From NCBI GenBank assembly GCA_023247415.1, contig JAHFGN010000001.1, positions 10,062 to 74,061 on the forward strand: a stretch of DNA of 64,000 bases, read 5' to 3'. The notes under the pieces are model-generated. The model did no database searches. It saw only the letters and a program-made list of their open reading frames with translations, and was not told the origin of the DNA. Below, piece by piece: positions 1 to 10,089 of this stretch. How positions within the stretch are numbered: the first letter of the stretch is position 1; each line of letters opens with the position of its first letter. A program made the position numbers and the translations under genes. The DNA comes from Candidatus Omnitrophota bacterium (GTDB lineage Bacteria; Omnitrophota; Gorgyraeia; 2-01-FULL-45-10; JAHFGN01).

Positions 1-2
1 TG

Positions 3-3000
3 GACGTCGTAAACGGCGTTCCTCTTTCTCCAATCGGCGCCGGCCGCGCAACCTCAAGCGAAACGCGGGATTCTACGACGGGAACGGAAAAGAAAGCCCC
101 AATCGCAACACATAAACGCGTTGAAAGGATCCGAGCGGCATTAAAGGAGTTCGGCGGCAGCGTGGGGTCCGCACAAGCAAAGGGCATTTTTAAAAAACAT
201 GGTCTATCGTGGGATGTGGAGAGAAAATTTGTTAAAGCGTTGCTCGCCGCGCAAGATAGATACAGGCCTCTTGGCGCGAGGCTCAAGCTGTCCGCACTGC
301 CATCAGAGCTCGCGGCAGGAGAGTGGCTTAAATCACTAAGCGGGCTTGAAACTAAGGATGCCCAATTGCGTAAAAAGGCTTCCAAAAAGTCGATTACGCC
401 ATCCAAGGAAGCGAAGGCGAAAGAGAAAGCGCTCGAAATCCTCGAGGCCCTAACCGTAAACAATGTCAACTCGATTATAGGCGAAATGCAAGAAGTGGAG
501 AAAATCGCAAATATAGGTCTGTCAGGGCTCCTATCCGAATATTTAGGTAAAGAGCTCAAACATATTTCCGAAAATGGACCATACGACCCGTATATAGATG
601 TCATGATACAGATTAAGGCCGGGTCATTCAATCCTTTTAACGAAAGAGATGTTGCGGCCCTGCTTGACCTTGTGAGGGGATTAGAATATTCAAAAGAATG
701 GCTCGATTCAACAACGAAAAAGGTAGCAGAGCTTAAGAAAGAGGTAAAAGATATTCGGAAAGCCCTGAAGGCGCCTGCGCTGTCAGTTGATGGCTATGTC
801 AGGCAAGAGGTAGAAAGGGACGATCTCAAAAAGAGAATTAACTTTTTGGAGACTTATCTGGAAACGCTTAAAAAAGGACCCGCATCCAAAGATGCCAGCC
901 GCGACAGCGCAAGCGGGGCGCGGGATTCTACGGCGGGGGGATTGGCCGAACAGCAGGAAGGAAATCGCGCGGACCTGGCGGCGCTGATAGGGGATTATTT
1001 TGAAGAAACGGGCACTACAGAATCAAGGTATATGGATGCGCTTATAGAAATAGCTTCTTCTATGTCTGGAAAACATCTAAATAATATCATTCGGTGCTTA
1101 GCAGACGAGAAACCGCGTGACTTAAATCAGCTTAGGCTGGAGAAAGTCTTGAGCAGCCCAACGCCTTTAGATAGCGCCATATTTAATACAGCTATCACTA
1201 TAATAAAACAAGCGATGTCTACGGCTGAGGATATCTCTGCTGAAATACGCAGACTCAGCAACGGAGATCAAGTTAGAATAAATAAATCGCAGGAATTAAG
1301 CAATAGAATTTTGAAATTGGCCTATGGAAGCAATCCGCAAAAGTTTATGTTATCAGAAGAATTTAAGGGTCTGGTAGACAAGCGCATTTCCGAGAAGAAG
1401 CAAGCGCACGGCAAAGAACGACTCGTGCATGAGCGCGGCACCACGAGCGGCACGGCGGATATATTGGATAAGGCCAAGGCGAATTTGAACGGCCCAAATA
1501 GCGGAATAGTGAATATATATCCGAATAGGGCTAAATTGGGCAAGGCCGAGGCGGAGGATGTCGCCTCTGAGCTGAGGCGGCTCATTAAGGAAAAAGGCAA
1601 AGCCGTTCTGGTCTTCGCCGCAGCGCCGTCGCAGAATGAATTTTTAGACGCGCTGGCGCAAGAGAAAGATATAGGCTGGTCCAAGGTGGTCGCGTTTCAT
1701 CTGGATGAGTATTTCGAACTTCAGCGCGGCCATAAGAATACATTCGAGGTATATCTCAATGACCGCCTCTTCAATAGACTGGCTGCAAAGCCCAAGGTCT
1801 ACTTTATAAAAGATTTGAGCGGCACGCCTGAAGAGATCTGCGCTAAATACGGTGAGCTCATTATGGAAGAAGGCGGGATAGATATAGCCTGCATCGGCGA
1901 AGGCGAGAACGCGCATATAGCGTTCAACGATCCAGGGGCGCTATTTTTTGATGACAAGTTGGTCAGGGTAGTTGCGATGGATGAGATGTGCAGACGCCAG
2001 CAATTCAGGGATTATGCGAACGACCCTGATCCTGAGAAACGTTATAAGACGCTGGAAGATGTGCCGCGCCGGGCCATCACATTGACCATTCCAGCAATCC
2101 TCTCTGCCGGCAGGATATTCTGCTCTGTGCCGGCAATCTCGAAGCAATATGCTGTTAGAAGCTCGATATTGGGGCCGGTTACTCACGCATATCCAGCCAG
2201 CCTATTGAAGAGGCATGAATATGTAAGGTACTATTTTGACAGGGACTCAAGCCTCCTGCTTGGCATGGATTTTGAGCAGGACAAGACCCTCAGCTTTACA
2301 ATCCCGCAGAAGACCAGGGTAGACCATAAGGTTATCGAGCGGTCTGTAAGGTTTGAAAATCTGCCCAGCGCGAAGAGAGTAGCAGTGATAGATTATGATG
2401 GTGAAGCCGCAGGCGGATGTTATGGTCTGATCAGGCGATTGCAATCGATGGGTAACGATGTTGTAATCTATGCGACAAATGGCCTCCCGGATCATATAAG
2501 AACTCTGCAGAACTCTCTTATATACTACAACCCGGAAGTCATCCTCTTTCCCGATAGAACGGACAAGCGGCCTGGGGTTAAGGCGATCGCCACTTTGGTA
2601 GATACTATAATGATAAGTAAGATTTGGGGAGGGAAGAAGGATCTGACACTTATCGAATATGAGACGAGCGGCGCGGCGCTTGGTAATAATCTGTTCCATA
2701 TACTCACAGAAGCCGCTTATACGATGAAGTCGTTTGCGATAAATGCCTATCAATCCCAGCTTAGAAGGCTGAGGTTTGACCTTGTTGCTGACGCGGCCAT
2801 GGCAGTCAATATGGCTAAATTGAGATCGCTGGGCGCAATTCCATATGACGCGGAGGGAGACTATGCGGAGGTCTTTGACCTCGTATATTTTAATAATGGG
2901 CAGCGCTCAAGACCCGACGGCGTAAAGGGATTGAGCAAATTAAATATGAAAAATGGCCATGCCGTCTCTTTATTGCCGCACTATGACGATGAGCTCTCCA

Positions 3001-6000
3001 TCGCCGGGTTAGTGAACGAATTTCTTAATAATGGATTTGACATCACGCCTCTGTATATGACGACAGGCCACCGCGCCGCTATTGTGGATAAGGATGGAAG
3101 GCCGGTTAGCGATAAAGAAGAAAGGGTTAGGATTAGAGAAGCTGAGGCGCTCGAGGCTAACAAGAGGCTCGGGATTAAGACATTGCCGCAATTCCTGCGA
3201 TTTGGTTTTTATGACAGACCACCAGATGCGGACGGAAATCGCGTGGTTAGCGATGAAGAGAAAAAAAGGGTATATGGATTGATCAAATCTGAGTACGCGG
3301 AATTCAAAAAAAGCGGCAAGAAAGAGTCCTTTGTAATATTCGCGCCTCAGGCCAACGATGCCCATCCTGACCATAGGGCGACGCACGATATCGGGACTCA
3401 GGCAGCGGAGAGGCTGTCGAAGGAAGAAAGCGCCAAGATAGCAGTAATATACTATAAAGGAGCGTGGGCTGAAAATTTCAATGCCTACAGCTATATGGAT
3501 GACAAGATTGTTGATGGGAAATTGGGCCAGCCGGTCATGCCAAGCAAAATGCGCGCAAGCCTATTTTCAGGGCTTTTAAACGCGCTCGTTGCGCCGGAAC
3601 TCGTTTCGCTAAAAGGCCACGGTTCAATGCCGCTTAAGCCGGAGCAGTTAGGCGGAGGTTCCGCGGAGAGGTTTAAAGTCACGTATGTAGAACCCAAAGG
3701 AAAAGTTGTTACGCCGAAGGAGGCGTTTATCTTCGTCGACCCCAGCCCGCGCGCGAACGCGAGCGGCACGGCGCCGAAAGGAAAAGAAGAATATTTCTCG
3801 GCAAGGTGTCTGAAGATGGGAGTCAACCCAGCGATTGCAAGCGAGCTCGTCGGATTTATTGAGCCGGAAGGACGTGTCATACTCTCTGATATGATCGCGG
3901 ATCTGAGAAGAAGACGTATAATAGCAGCTGACAGAGCGAATAACAATGACGGTGAGATTATAAAGACGGTGACAGGAAGCAGGACGTTCGGATTTGAAAC
4001 GGTTAAGGCCATCGTGTTCCTTTTGAATGAGAAAGGCCTTTTGACGCCGGTAATCCAAAAAGGCGATAAGAGAAAGTTGGAACTTATATCCACCCACTTT
4101 ATAATCAGCGACAGGCTGCGCAGGGACATGAAACCGCAAGAGAGATTTGACAGCGCGTATCGTATATTGCAGGTGCACAACCCTAAGCTGGCAGTAAAAT
4201 TGAATAGTCTGCGCGGTTTAATTGGCAAGTCCAGAGATTCGAAGATATTCGCGTCTTTGGACAGTTTAGGTCTAACACAGGATGAAAAGATGGTCCTGCT
4301 CCCGGCATTCAGCAATTTTTCCGGCGCGCGTAGCAGCGCGAACGGTGCGCTGATTGGAAGGGCGAGCCCCTATTTTATAGGTATGAGCATGGGCGGGACC
4401 AAGCTGACCGTGATGTTATATAGAATGATAGACGGAAAACCCGAGGCGCTTTACAGCAATAGCTTTATATGGAAGGACTTGCTGAAGCTGGATGACGAAA
4501 GGGATATAGCCGGTCCTAATAAAGATTTGGCAGACACCATCGTCTCAAGGATCGCTGAAATAGTGCGGGATATTCTCAAGACATATGAGCTGGGGATAAA
4601 TAATCTGAACAATATCGGCTGTACCTCGCCTGGGCCGCTCGATGCCGAAACAGGGGTTATCGGGACCGAGTGCAGGACATTCAATATGCCCTTCGATAAG
4701 TATCCGTTTGTGGCGCAGCTGAAAGAGGCGCTTGGGACAGAATTTGTCGATATAAGACATGATTCCCACGCGAGCCTCGAAGCGGAGACAGCATTTGGCG
4801 CGCTCTCTCGAGTCGCTAACGGCTATTACGTAATCCAGGGGACAGGCCTCGGCGGATCGCCGTCTGTGAATGAGAGATATTATACGGAGGTGCCGGAGCT
4901 GACAGAGCCCGGGCATCATATTGTAGGCGCGCCCGATCCATTAAGTCGAAATAAGAGGGGGTACCATTTCAGATTTATACAAAAATATGGCAAAGGCCAT
5001 CCTTATGAGGTGGTTGCAGAGCCGGATCCAAATAAGGAGTATCAGATTAAAGAAAAGGAGGCAGAAGAATTAATAGCATCCGGTAAATACCGAAAAGAAG
5101 ATTTCATCTGGACAATAGAGGGCGAAAAAGACTTCGAAGACATAGTTGCCGGCGTGGGCCTTATTCCCATGCTGAAAGATAAGAATAGGCTCGCTTCAAT
5201 GTTTGGCGGAAAAACAGCCGATTATTCAGGCATAAACGAGCCAAAAGACCTCTCGGAATTGGCTATAAATGGTTCTGAAAATGAAAAATATATAGCTCAG
5301 ATGATGATTATGTATATTGCAGAGCAGGTAGGCAGGGGTTTAGCGTCTCTCATAGCCGCTTCAAATAGGAAGGAATGGCAGCTGCGGAAGATTGTCATGG
5401 GCTCTACCATAGGTGAGAGATTGGGAATCGATTCCAAGGGCAAGATACTCTTGACGCGAGAAGGGAAGGACTTCTACTATTACCGGATCAATGAATGCGC
5501 GAAATTTGAACTTACCAGCGAATTTGGCTGGTCTGACGAGTCCGCGAATTTAATATCTATAGTGCGCTCGAACCTTACGCAGGCCGAGAGGGAGACAGCC
5601 GGATTCAACCGGCAGGAAGCGGAGACAGGCCGGGCAACTCCTAAAGAGCGAACTTCAACCTCAGGATTGAAACCGTCATATCAGGATGTCAAATCTATCG
5701 TTAAAAAAGGCAATAAGGAAGAAATAGCGGCTGTGTTGAAGCGCATCTTGACAGGTGGGGCATCCAGTGTAGACATTGAAGGCCTCTTTAAAGAGTTGAC
5801 GCCAGGCGAGGCCGGATTCCTCTTAAATATAATCATGACTACAACGGAGCTCACACCTCTAATCCCAGCGCGTATCCAACGGTCAGAGCGGATTCGAAAA
5901 GGGTTGGCAGCAATCAACGAAGTAGTTAAGAGTCCGGGGATGATAGCGCCTGCGCAGATAGCGGATTTAGTTAATCTATATCGAGATACCGGCGGCAAGA

Positions 6001-9000
6001 TACGCGTTTCAGGGGTTGAGGCCCAGCACCTCGTCCACTTCTATTCCACCTGTCCGACAGATGTGAAGAACGGACTGCTTAAAGACGCCCTCTTTAGAGA
6101 GTTATTCGCTATGGCCAACCTCGAATGGTTCTTCCTGAAATCCCCAAATCTGGACAGGCGCCATTACGAGGCTACAATAACTTTGGATGAGAATAATCCA
6201 TTAAAACCCGTAAAGGTAGAATACTGGCAGACGCAGGCGCAGGGGACGATGCAGGCGCCAGCGGCAAGATCAAAGGCTAATATCAACTATGGAAAAGGTG
6301 CTCATAACTACAAGGAGAATGGCGGAAAGACACCCTCACCTCAAGATATCAGCGAAAACGATCAGGTTAGCCGCCTTATAGCGTTCATAAATAACGCCGT
6401 GAGTACAGGAGAGGATCTGGGTCAGATATTGGATCACCCTGTCGCGACAGTGCGCGCTATGGGCCGAGGAGCATTTGGATACCACGAGGCTAAGACAGAG
6501 GCAGACAGTGCTGAAAAAATGGCAGATCAAGAATTATATGGATATCTTGCGAAGGTAGACAATCCCGCTGTGATAGGATCAGTACTCAAAAAAATAAGGA
6601 TGCCCATGATATCCGCGCAGAGAGACGTGTCTGAAGGCGGCTCCACATCGCCTGCGATGCGGGTTGCATACAGTAATGCTTATCTCGCCTTAGTCAAAAG
6701 GCGTGAAGAACTTCTTGGCAGACCTGGCTTGGAGTTAAATATAGCATGGAGCTTATATCTTTATAAGTTTAGCGTAAATAGTTACTGTAACAGATATACA
6801 GACGAGCAAAAGCAAGAGAGGATGAAAGAGGAAAAGGGACGCGCCGCAGTCAAGGATGATACGGTGGCAGTGTTCGGGGAGAATTATACACAAGAAGAGG
6901 CGCATAAACAAATAGATGCTGCAGAAGCGCTTGGATACCATGCTCTGATAATCTTTGATCCCAGGAATGGCCGCATAGTAGACTTCGGCCCAACTCAAAA
7001 AGAGATTATGCAGGTAAGTGGGTTGAAGATGCAGGCGCAAAGCGCTTTTTCTTCAACCGAGGAGCGAGACGAGATGATTGCCCTCATAGCCTTCTTAATA
7101 GACCCGACGAAACGCCTTGGTCTCGATAGCTACTCTTTGAAACCAGAATCGCCTGGCGCCATAGCTAATATAAGAGAATCCCTCAAAGCTCTTCTATCAA
7201 ATGACATAGATGCAGCGATTACAAGTTTAGGCAAGGGGATCGAGGCGTTGGAAGCGTGGATAAAGAATACTGCGGTTAACAAGCGGGGCAAAGAGGGAGA
7301 CGAGTTTATGCTTCCAATCGCAAAGCGTAGAAAACTGCAGCTTGAGAACTTCCTGCTGCTTAAGTCGACGCTTTCAACACACCCTGTGATCGGCATATTA
7401 AGCCGTGTCGCAGGTCTAAAAACCGAAGAGATTTTGAAATTTTGTATAAAGAGCGAAATCACATTAGATGATTTAAAACCAAACGGTATCCGGCTTGCCG
7501 CATTCTTAAAAGTGATCGCAGAGAACATGCACCATTTCTCCGGACTTAAAACGAGAGTTCGTTATTCACTCTGTCTTCCGCCAAACGGCAAAACCATATC
7601 CTTCTTAGAACTTCTATTCGGCGAATCGGATGAACGAAGCAGCTTAAAAGGGTTACGCGTTGAACGCGGAGATTCAGCTTGTAAGTATTTTATGGGTAGC
7701 GAGCCATTCCCAGGCAACGAGGCCAAATCCTTCTTGGGCGAAGAGCTGTATGAGGTGGGGGGGCTGGGCAACGCTATGGAAAGATTAAAGGCTATGCCGG
7801 ATGTCAATGACCCGTGGCTTTATATGAGAGCACCAGAAGAATGGAAGTCAGGCGACGTCGGCGCGCAGACTCATGCGGCAGGAATCAAAGGCCTCGATCG
7901 GCATGCAGCGCCGAATTTCGAAGAGGCGTTCGAGGCTCAGATTGAGGCGTTGAGCGGCTTATTGTCAGAATTTGATAGATCGGATTTTTTGCAAAGCCAT
8001 GATTGGGCAGTGCCAGCGGTAATCGCCATCCAAAGCGCATTATTGACCGCTGGATATAATACGAAAGAGCAGATCGATAGATTGGACGAATTACTACAGG
8101 ATGTATATAAGTTAAAGGGCCTACGATACAACTTATTATACAAATATATAATTATCGAGGCCCATGAAGCACTGTTAGGGGCAGGGCACAATCGCCAGGC
8201 ACAAATAGAGAAGTTTGAAAGCGTGCTGAAGGAAGTTACAGCTGACTACTCTGATACCATGATAGTGACCAGAATTCTAAGCGCGTTGATAAGGGGCCGT
8301 CACAATGTAGATGAGAACCACCGCAGGTTGATTGAGGTTGTGTCAGAAAAAGATAAGCCAGGCCCCAAATTTTTAGAGCTCATCTATGAAAGAATAACTA
8401 TGCGCGGCGCGCTGTTAGACGCTGGTTACAAACCAGAAGAGCAGATAAAGATTCTCCTCGAAGAGTTGTCGAAGGTCGACCAGCCAGCCTGGACGGATTT
8501 TAAAAGTGGAGAGATAATAAAAGCGAGAAATGCATTGTTGATGGCTGGTTATAAACCGGAAGAGCAGATCGCCAGATTGAGTGAGATATTGTCGCTGGTA
8601 AACGAGCCAAATCGGCGAAATGATTATATATTCGATATAATCGCCGTCCGCGGCGCTTTATTGCTCTATGCGGCCAAGGCGAAAGGCCGGCTTACCGAGC
8701 GCTTTAGTGCCAGCGGAGAGAACGGAGCGATTGCAGAAATTGCCGCGGTCGTGAAAGAGGCAGGTCTGGAAATTCCTACGCATCCGGGCGAGCGATATAC
8801 CCTGCTTCTGCCGTTTGAGTTTTTCGCCAACGGAGAGTTTGAGGCGCAAAAAGCTAATTATGGAGACAGGTTCAATATCAACAGGGCAAACGGCGCTGAT
8901 AACATCTTGGCGAAGGCAAGAGGCCTTGAGAATAGAACTATAGCCCTTGTGCCGAATGATATGCCCGAGGAAGGGCTCAAGAGGCTGGCAGATGCTGGTC

Positions 9001-9332
9001 TAAGATTTATAAGAACGGATATCGGGAAATTACAGGAGGCGAGAGCGGCCGGGGATAAAGATAGAAAGGCCTTCCAATTGAATACATATGTGATGATGCT
9101 CCTCGCAAGACATATCAAGGACGCCAATAGCGATTCGTCGATATACAAGGTATTGAGCTTTTATCTGAAGTCGCACTTCGAATTGGACAATATAGCGGTT
9201 GCCGATTATATTGAGGCCATAGTAAGCGGCGATATCGCGAGGTTGATCAAGGGTTACCTCTCATATAAACCTGCCGAACAATACCGCGTACCGGAATACG
9301 ACAAGGTCGCGGCAACATTGGTCGCGGCGTAA
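3..9332 (+). CDS. Giant multidomain protein, 5'-partial (frame open to window edge; at least 3100 aa). Domains: NagB/6-phosphogluconolactonase-fold, LmbE/PIG-L-type deacetylase, ROK-family sugar kinase, tandem 'LLxAGYKPEEQI' repeats, family C-terminal module.
   Basis: ORF 162..9332 has no in-frame stop back to nt 3. Motifs seen: 'VVAFHLDEYF...GEGENAHIAFNDPG' (NagB fold), 'LLPHYDDELS...DAHPDHRATHD' (LmbE/PIG-L), 'GMSMGGTKL...GTGLGGS' (ROK). The C-terminus 'TIALVPNDMPEE...' aligns with the C-module of the other giant paralogs. A hairpin terminator follows. Confidence 0.8.
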   Translation, partial: DVVNGVPLSPIGAGRATSSETRDSTTGTEKKAPIATHKRVERIRAALKEFGGSVGSAQAKGIFKKHGLSWDVERKFVKALLAAQDRYRPLGARLKLSALPSELAAGEWLKSLSGLETKDAQLRKKASKKSITPSKEAKAKEKALEILEALTVNNVNSIIGEMQEVEKIANIGLSGLLSEYLGKELKHISENGPYDPYIDVMIQIKAGSFNPFNERDVAALLDLVRGLEYSKEWLDSTTKKVAELKKEVKDIRKALKAPALSVDGYVRQEVERDDLKKRINFLETYLETLKKGPASKDASRDSASGARDSTAGGLAEQQEGNRADLAALIGDYFEETGTTESRYMDALIEIASSMSGKHLNNIIRCLADEKPRDLNQLRLEKVLSSPTPLDSAIFNTAITIIKQAMSTAEDISAEIRRLSNGDQVRINKSQELSNRILKLAYGSNPQKFMLSEEFKGLVDKRISEKKQAHGKERLVHERGTTSGTADILDKAKANLNGPNSGIVNIYPNRAKLGKAEAEDVASELRRLIKEKGKAVLVFAAAPSQNEFLDALAQEKDIGWSKVVAFHLDEYFELQRGHKNTFEVYLNDRLFNRLAAKPKVYFIKDLSGTPEEICAKYGELIMEEGGIDIACIGEGENAHIAFNDPGALFFDDKLVRVVAMDEMCRRQQFRDYANDPDPEKRYKTLEDVPRRAITLTIPAILSAGRIFCSVPAISKQYAVRSSILGPVTHAYPASLLKRHEYVRYYFDRDSSLLLGMDFEQDKTLSFTIPQKTRVDHKVIERSVRFENLPSAKRVAVIDYDGEAAGGCYGLIRRLQSMGNDVVIYATNGLPDHIRTLQNSLIYYNPEVILFPDRTDKRPGVKAIATLVDTIMISKIWGGKKDLTLIEYETSGAALGNNLFHILTEAAYTMKSFAINAYQSQLRRLRFDLVADAAMAVNMAKLRSLGAIPYDAEGDYAEVFDLVYFNNGQRSRPDGVKGLSKLNMKNGHAVSLLPHYDDELSIAGLVNEFLNNGFDITPLYMTTGHRAAIVDKDGRPVSDKEERVRIREAEALEANKRLGIKTLPQFLRFGFYDRPPDADGNRVVSDEEKKRVYGLIKSEYAEFKKSGKKESFVIFAPQANDAHPDHRATHDIGTQAAERLSKEESAKIAVIYYKGAWAENFNAYSYMDDKIVDGKLGQPVMPSKMRASLFSGLLNALVAPELVSLKGHGSMPLKPEQLGGGSAERFKVTYVEPKGKVVTPKEAFIFVDPSPRANASGTAPKGKEEYFSARCLKMGVNPAIASELVGFIEPEGRVILSDMIADLRRRRIIAADRANNNDGEIIKTVTGSRTFGFETVKAIVFLLNEKGLLTPVIQKGDKRKLELISTHFIISDRLRRDMKPQERFDSAYRILQVHNPKLAVKLNSLRGLIGKSRDSKIFASLDSLGLTQDEKMVLLPAFSNFSGARSSANGALIGRASPYFIGMSMGGTKLTVMLYRMIDGKPEALYSNSFIWKDLLKLDDERDIAGPNKDLADTIVSRIAEIVRDILKTYELGINNLNNIGCTSPGPLDAETGVIGTECRTFNMPFDKYPFVAQLKEALGTEFVDIRHDSHASLEAETAFGALSRVANGYYVIQGTGLGGSPSVNERYYTEVPELTEPGHHIVGAPDPLSRNKRGYHFRFIQKYGKGHPYEVVAEPDPNKEYQIKEKEAEELIASGKYRKEDFIWTIEGEKDFEDIVAGVGLIPMLKDKNRLASMFGGKTADYSGINEPKDLSELAINGSENEKYIAQMMIMYIAEQVGRGLASLIAASNRKEWQLRKIVMGSTIGERLGIDSKGKILLTREGKDFYYYRINECAKFELTSEFGWSDESANLISIVRSNLTQAERETAGFNRQEAETGRATPKERTSTSGLKPSYQDVKSIVKKGNKEEIAAVLKRILTGGASSVDIEGLFKELTPGEAGFLLNIIMTTTELTPLIPARIQRSERIRKGLAAINEVVKSPGMIAPAQIADLVNLYRDTGGKIRVSGVEAQHLVHFYSTCPTDVKNGLLKDALFRELFAMANLEWFFLKSPNLDRRHYEATITLDENNPLKPVKVEYWQTQAQGTMQAPAARSKANINYGKGAHNYKENGGKTPSPQDISENDQVSRLIAFINNAVSTGEDLGQILDHPVATVRAMGRGAFGYHEAKTEADSAEKMADQELYGYLAKVDNPAVIGSVLKKIRMPMISAQRDVSEGGSTSPAMRVAYSNAYLALVKRREELLGRPGLELNIAWSLYLYKFSVNSYCNRYTDEQKQERMKEEKGRAAVKDDTVAVFGENYTQEEAHKQIDAAEALGYHALIIFDPRNGRIVDFGPTQKEIMQVSGLKMQAQSAFSSTEERDEMIALIAFLIDPTKRLGLDSYSLKPESPGAIANIRESLKALLSNDIDAAITSLGKGIEALEAWIKNTAVNKRGKEGDEFMLPIAKRRKLQLENFLLLKSTLSTHPVIGILSRVAGLKTEEILKFCIKSEITLDDLKPNGIRLAAFLKVIAENMHHFSGLKTRVRYSLCLPPNGKTISFLELLFGESDERSSLKGLRVERGDSACKYFMGSEPFPGNEAKSFLGEELYEVGGLGNAMERLKAMPDVNDPWLYMRAPEEWKSGDVGAQTHAAGIKGLDRHAAPNFEEAFEAQIEALSGLLSEFDRSDFLQSHDWAVPAVIAIQSALLTAGYNTKEQIDRLDELLQDVYKLKGLRYNLLYKYIIIEAHEALLGAGHNRQAQIEKFESVLKEVTADYSDTMIVTRILSALIRGRHNVDENHRRLIEVVSEKDKPGPKFLELIYERITMRGALLDAGYKPEEQIKILLEELSKVDQPAWTDFKSGEIIKARNALLMAGYKPEEQIARLSEILSLVNEPNRRNDYIFDIIAVRGALLLYAAKAKGRLTERFSASGENGAIAEIAAVVKEAGLEIPTHPGERYTLLLPFEFFANGEFEAQKANYGDRFNINRANGADNILAKARGLENRTIALVPNDMPEEGLKRLADAGLRFIRTDIGKLQEARAAGDKDRKAFQLNTYVMMLLARHIKDANSDSSIYKVLSFYLKSHFELDNIAVADYIEAIVSGDIARLIKGYLSYKPAEQYRVPEYDKVAATLVAA

Positions 9333-9342
9333 TATATAAAAA

Positions 9343-9403
9343 GGGGATAGGCTACTTTTTCTGGCTATACAGTATCTGGAAAAAGTAGCCTATCCCCTTT
9401 TTC
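9343..9403 (+). terminator. Rho-independent terminator (19-bp perfect stem 'ggggataggctactttttc' / 'gaaaaagtagcctatcccc' plus T-tract), A-tract upstream suggests bidirectional action
   Basis: A perfect inverted repeat is followed by 'tttttcgc'. It lies directly after the first giant gene. Confidence 0.7.
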
Positions 9404-9468
9404 GCTTGACAATGGCGGGGTTATAGTGTAAACTTCTATTTCAGAAAGTCATAAATAATTATAATAAA

Positions 9469-10089
9469 ATGAAATACATTGAGTTGTATAAGAGGCTGGA
9501 GGATAGCAGGCTTTATATATTTTCGACTAAGGACTTATTCTGCCTTTTTCCGAAAGAAAAGGAAGGGACCCTGAAGCAGCAAATCCATTATTGGAAGAAG
9601 CGCAATTGGATCAGGGTTATGAAGAATGGACTTTATGAGATAATCTATCCGCAGGAGAGGAATATCCCGGATCTATTTTTGGCAAATAAACTATACAGCC
9701 CATCCTATGTTTCGTTAGAGACAGCGCTTTCTATTTACAATATAATCCCGGAAGTCGCTATGGGGGTCAGCTCTATTACCACTAAACCGACGAGGGAATT
9801 TAAAAATTACCATGGCCTTTTCAGATACAGAAGCGTGAGGACAAAGGCCTTTCTTGGATACAGGATTATAGAAGAAAATAGATTCAAAATTAAAATCGCG
9901 GATCCAGAGAAGGCGTTGGTAGATTACATCTATTTTAAACTCTACGACAGCGATAAAATCGATGTGGAAGAAGAACGCTTCGATCTGCCGGCGATTAGGA
10001 GGTTAAAAAAAGCGAGGCTCTATGATTACGCCTCATATTTTAACAAGTCAACGTATAGGACGGTGAGAAATATTTATGCTCACCTTTGA
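9469..10089 (+). CDS. AbiEi-like antitoxin / COG5340-type transcriptional regulator (type IV TA)
   Basis: About 200 aa, immediately upstream of and overlapping an AbiEii-type nucleotidyltransferase gene. The size and context are typical of AbiEi. Confidence 0.45.
   Translation: MKYIELYKRLEDSRLYIFSTKDLFCLFPKEKEGTLKQQIHYWKKRNWIRVMKNGLYEIIYPQERNIPDLFLANKLYSPSYVSLETALSIYNIIPEVAMGVSSITTKPTREFKNYHGLFRYRSVRTKAFLGYRIIEENRFKIKIADPEKALVDYIYFKLYDSDKIDVEEERFDLPAIRRLKKARLYDYASYFNKSTYRTVRNIYAHL

Noticed and set aside
3491-4315. 274-aa and 176-aa minus-strand ORFs inside giant gene 1
   Set aside because: They are antisense within a long + strand ORF carrying recognisable domains.
9406-9430. Possible promoter (TTGACA...TATAGT) upstream of the AbiEi-like gene
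   Set aside because: The spacer between the candidate boxes is only about 11-15 nt depending on the -10 choice, so this is not a confident sigma70 promoter.
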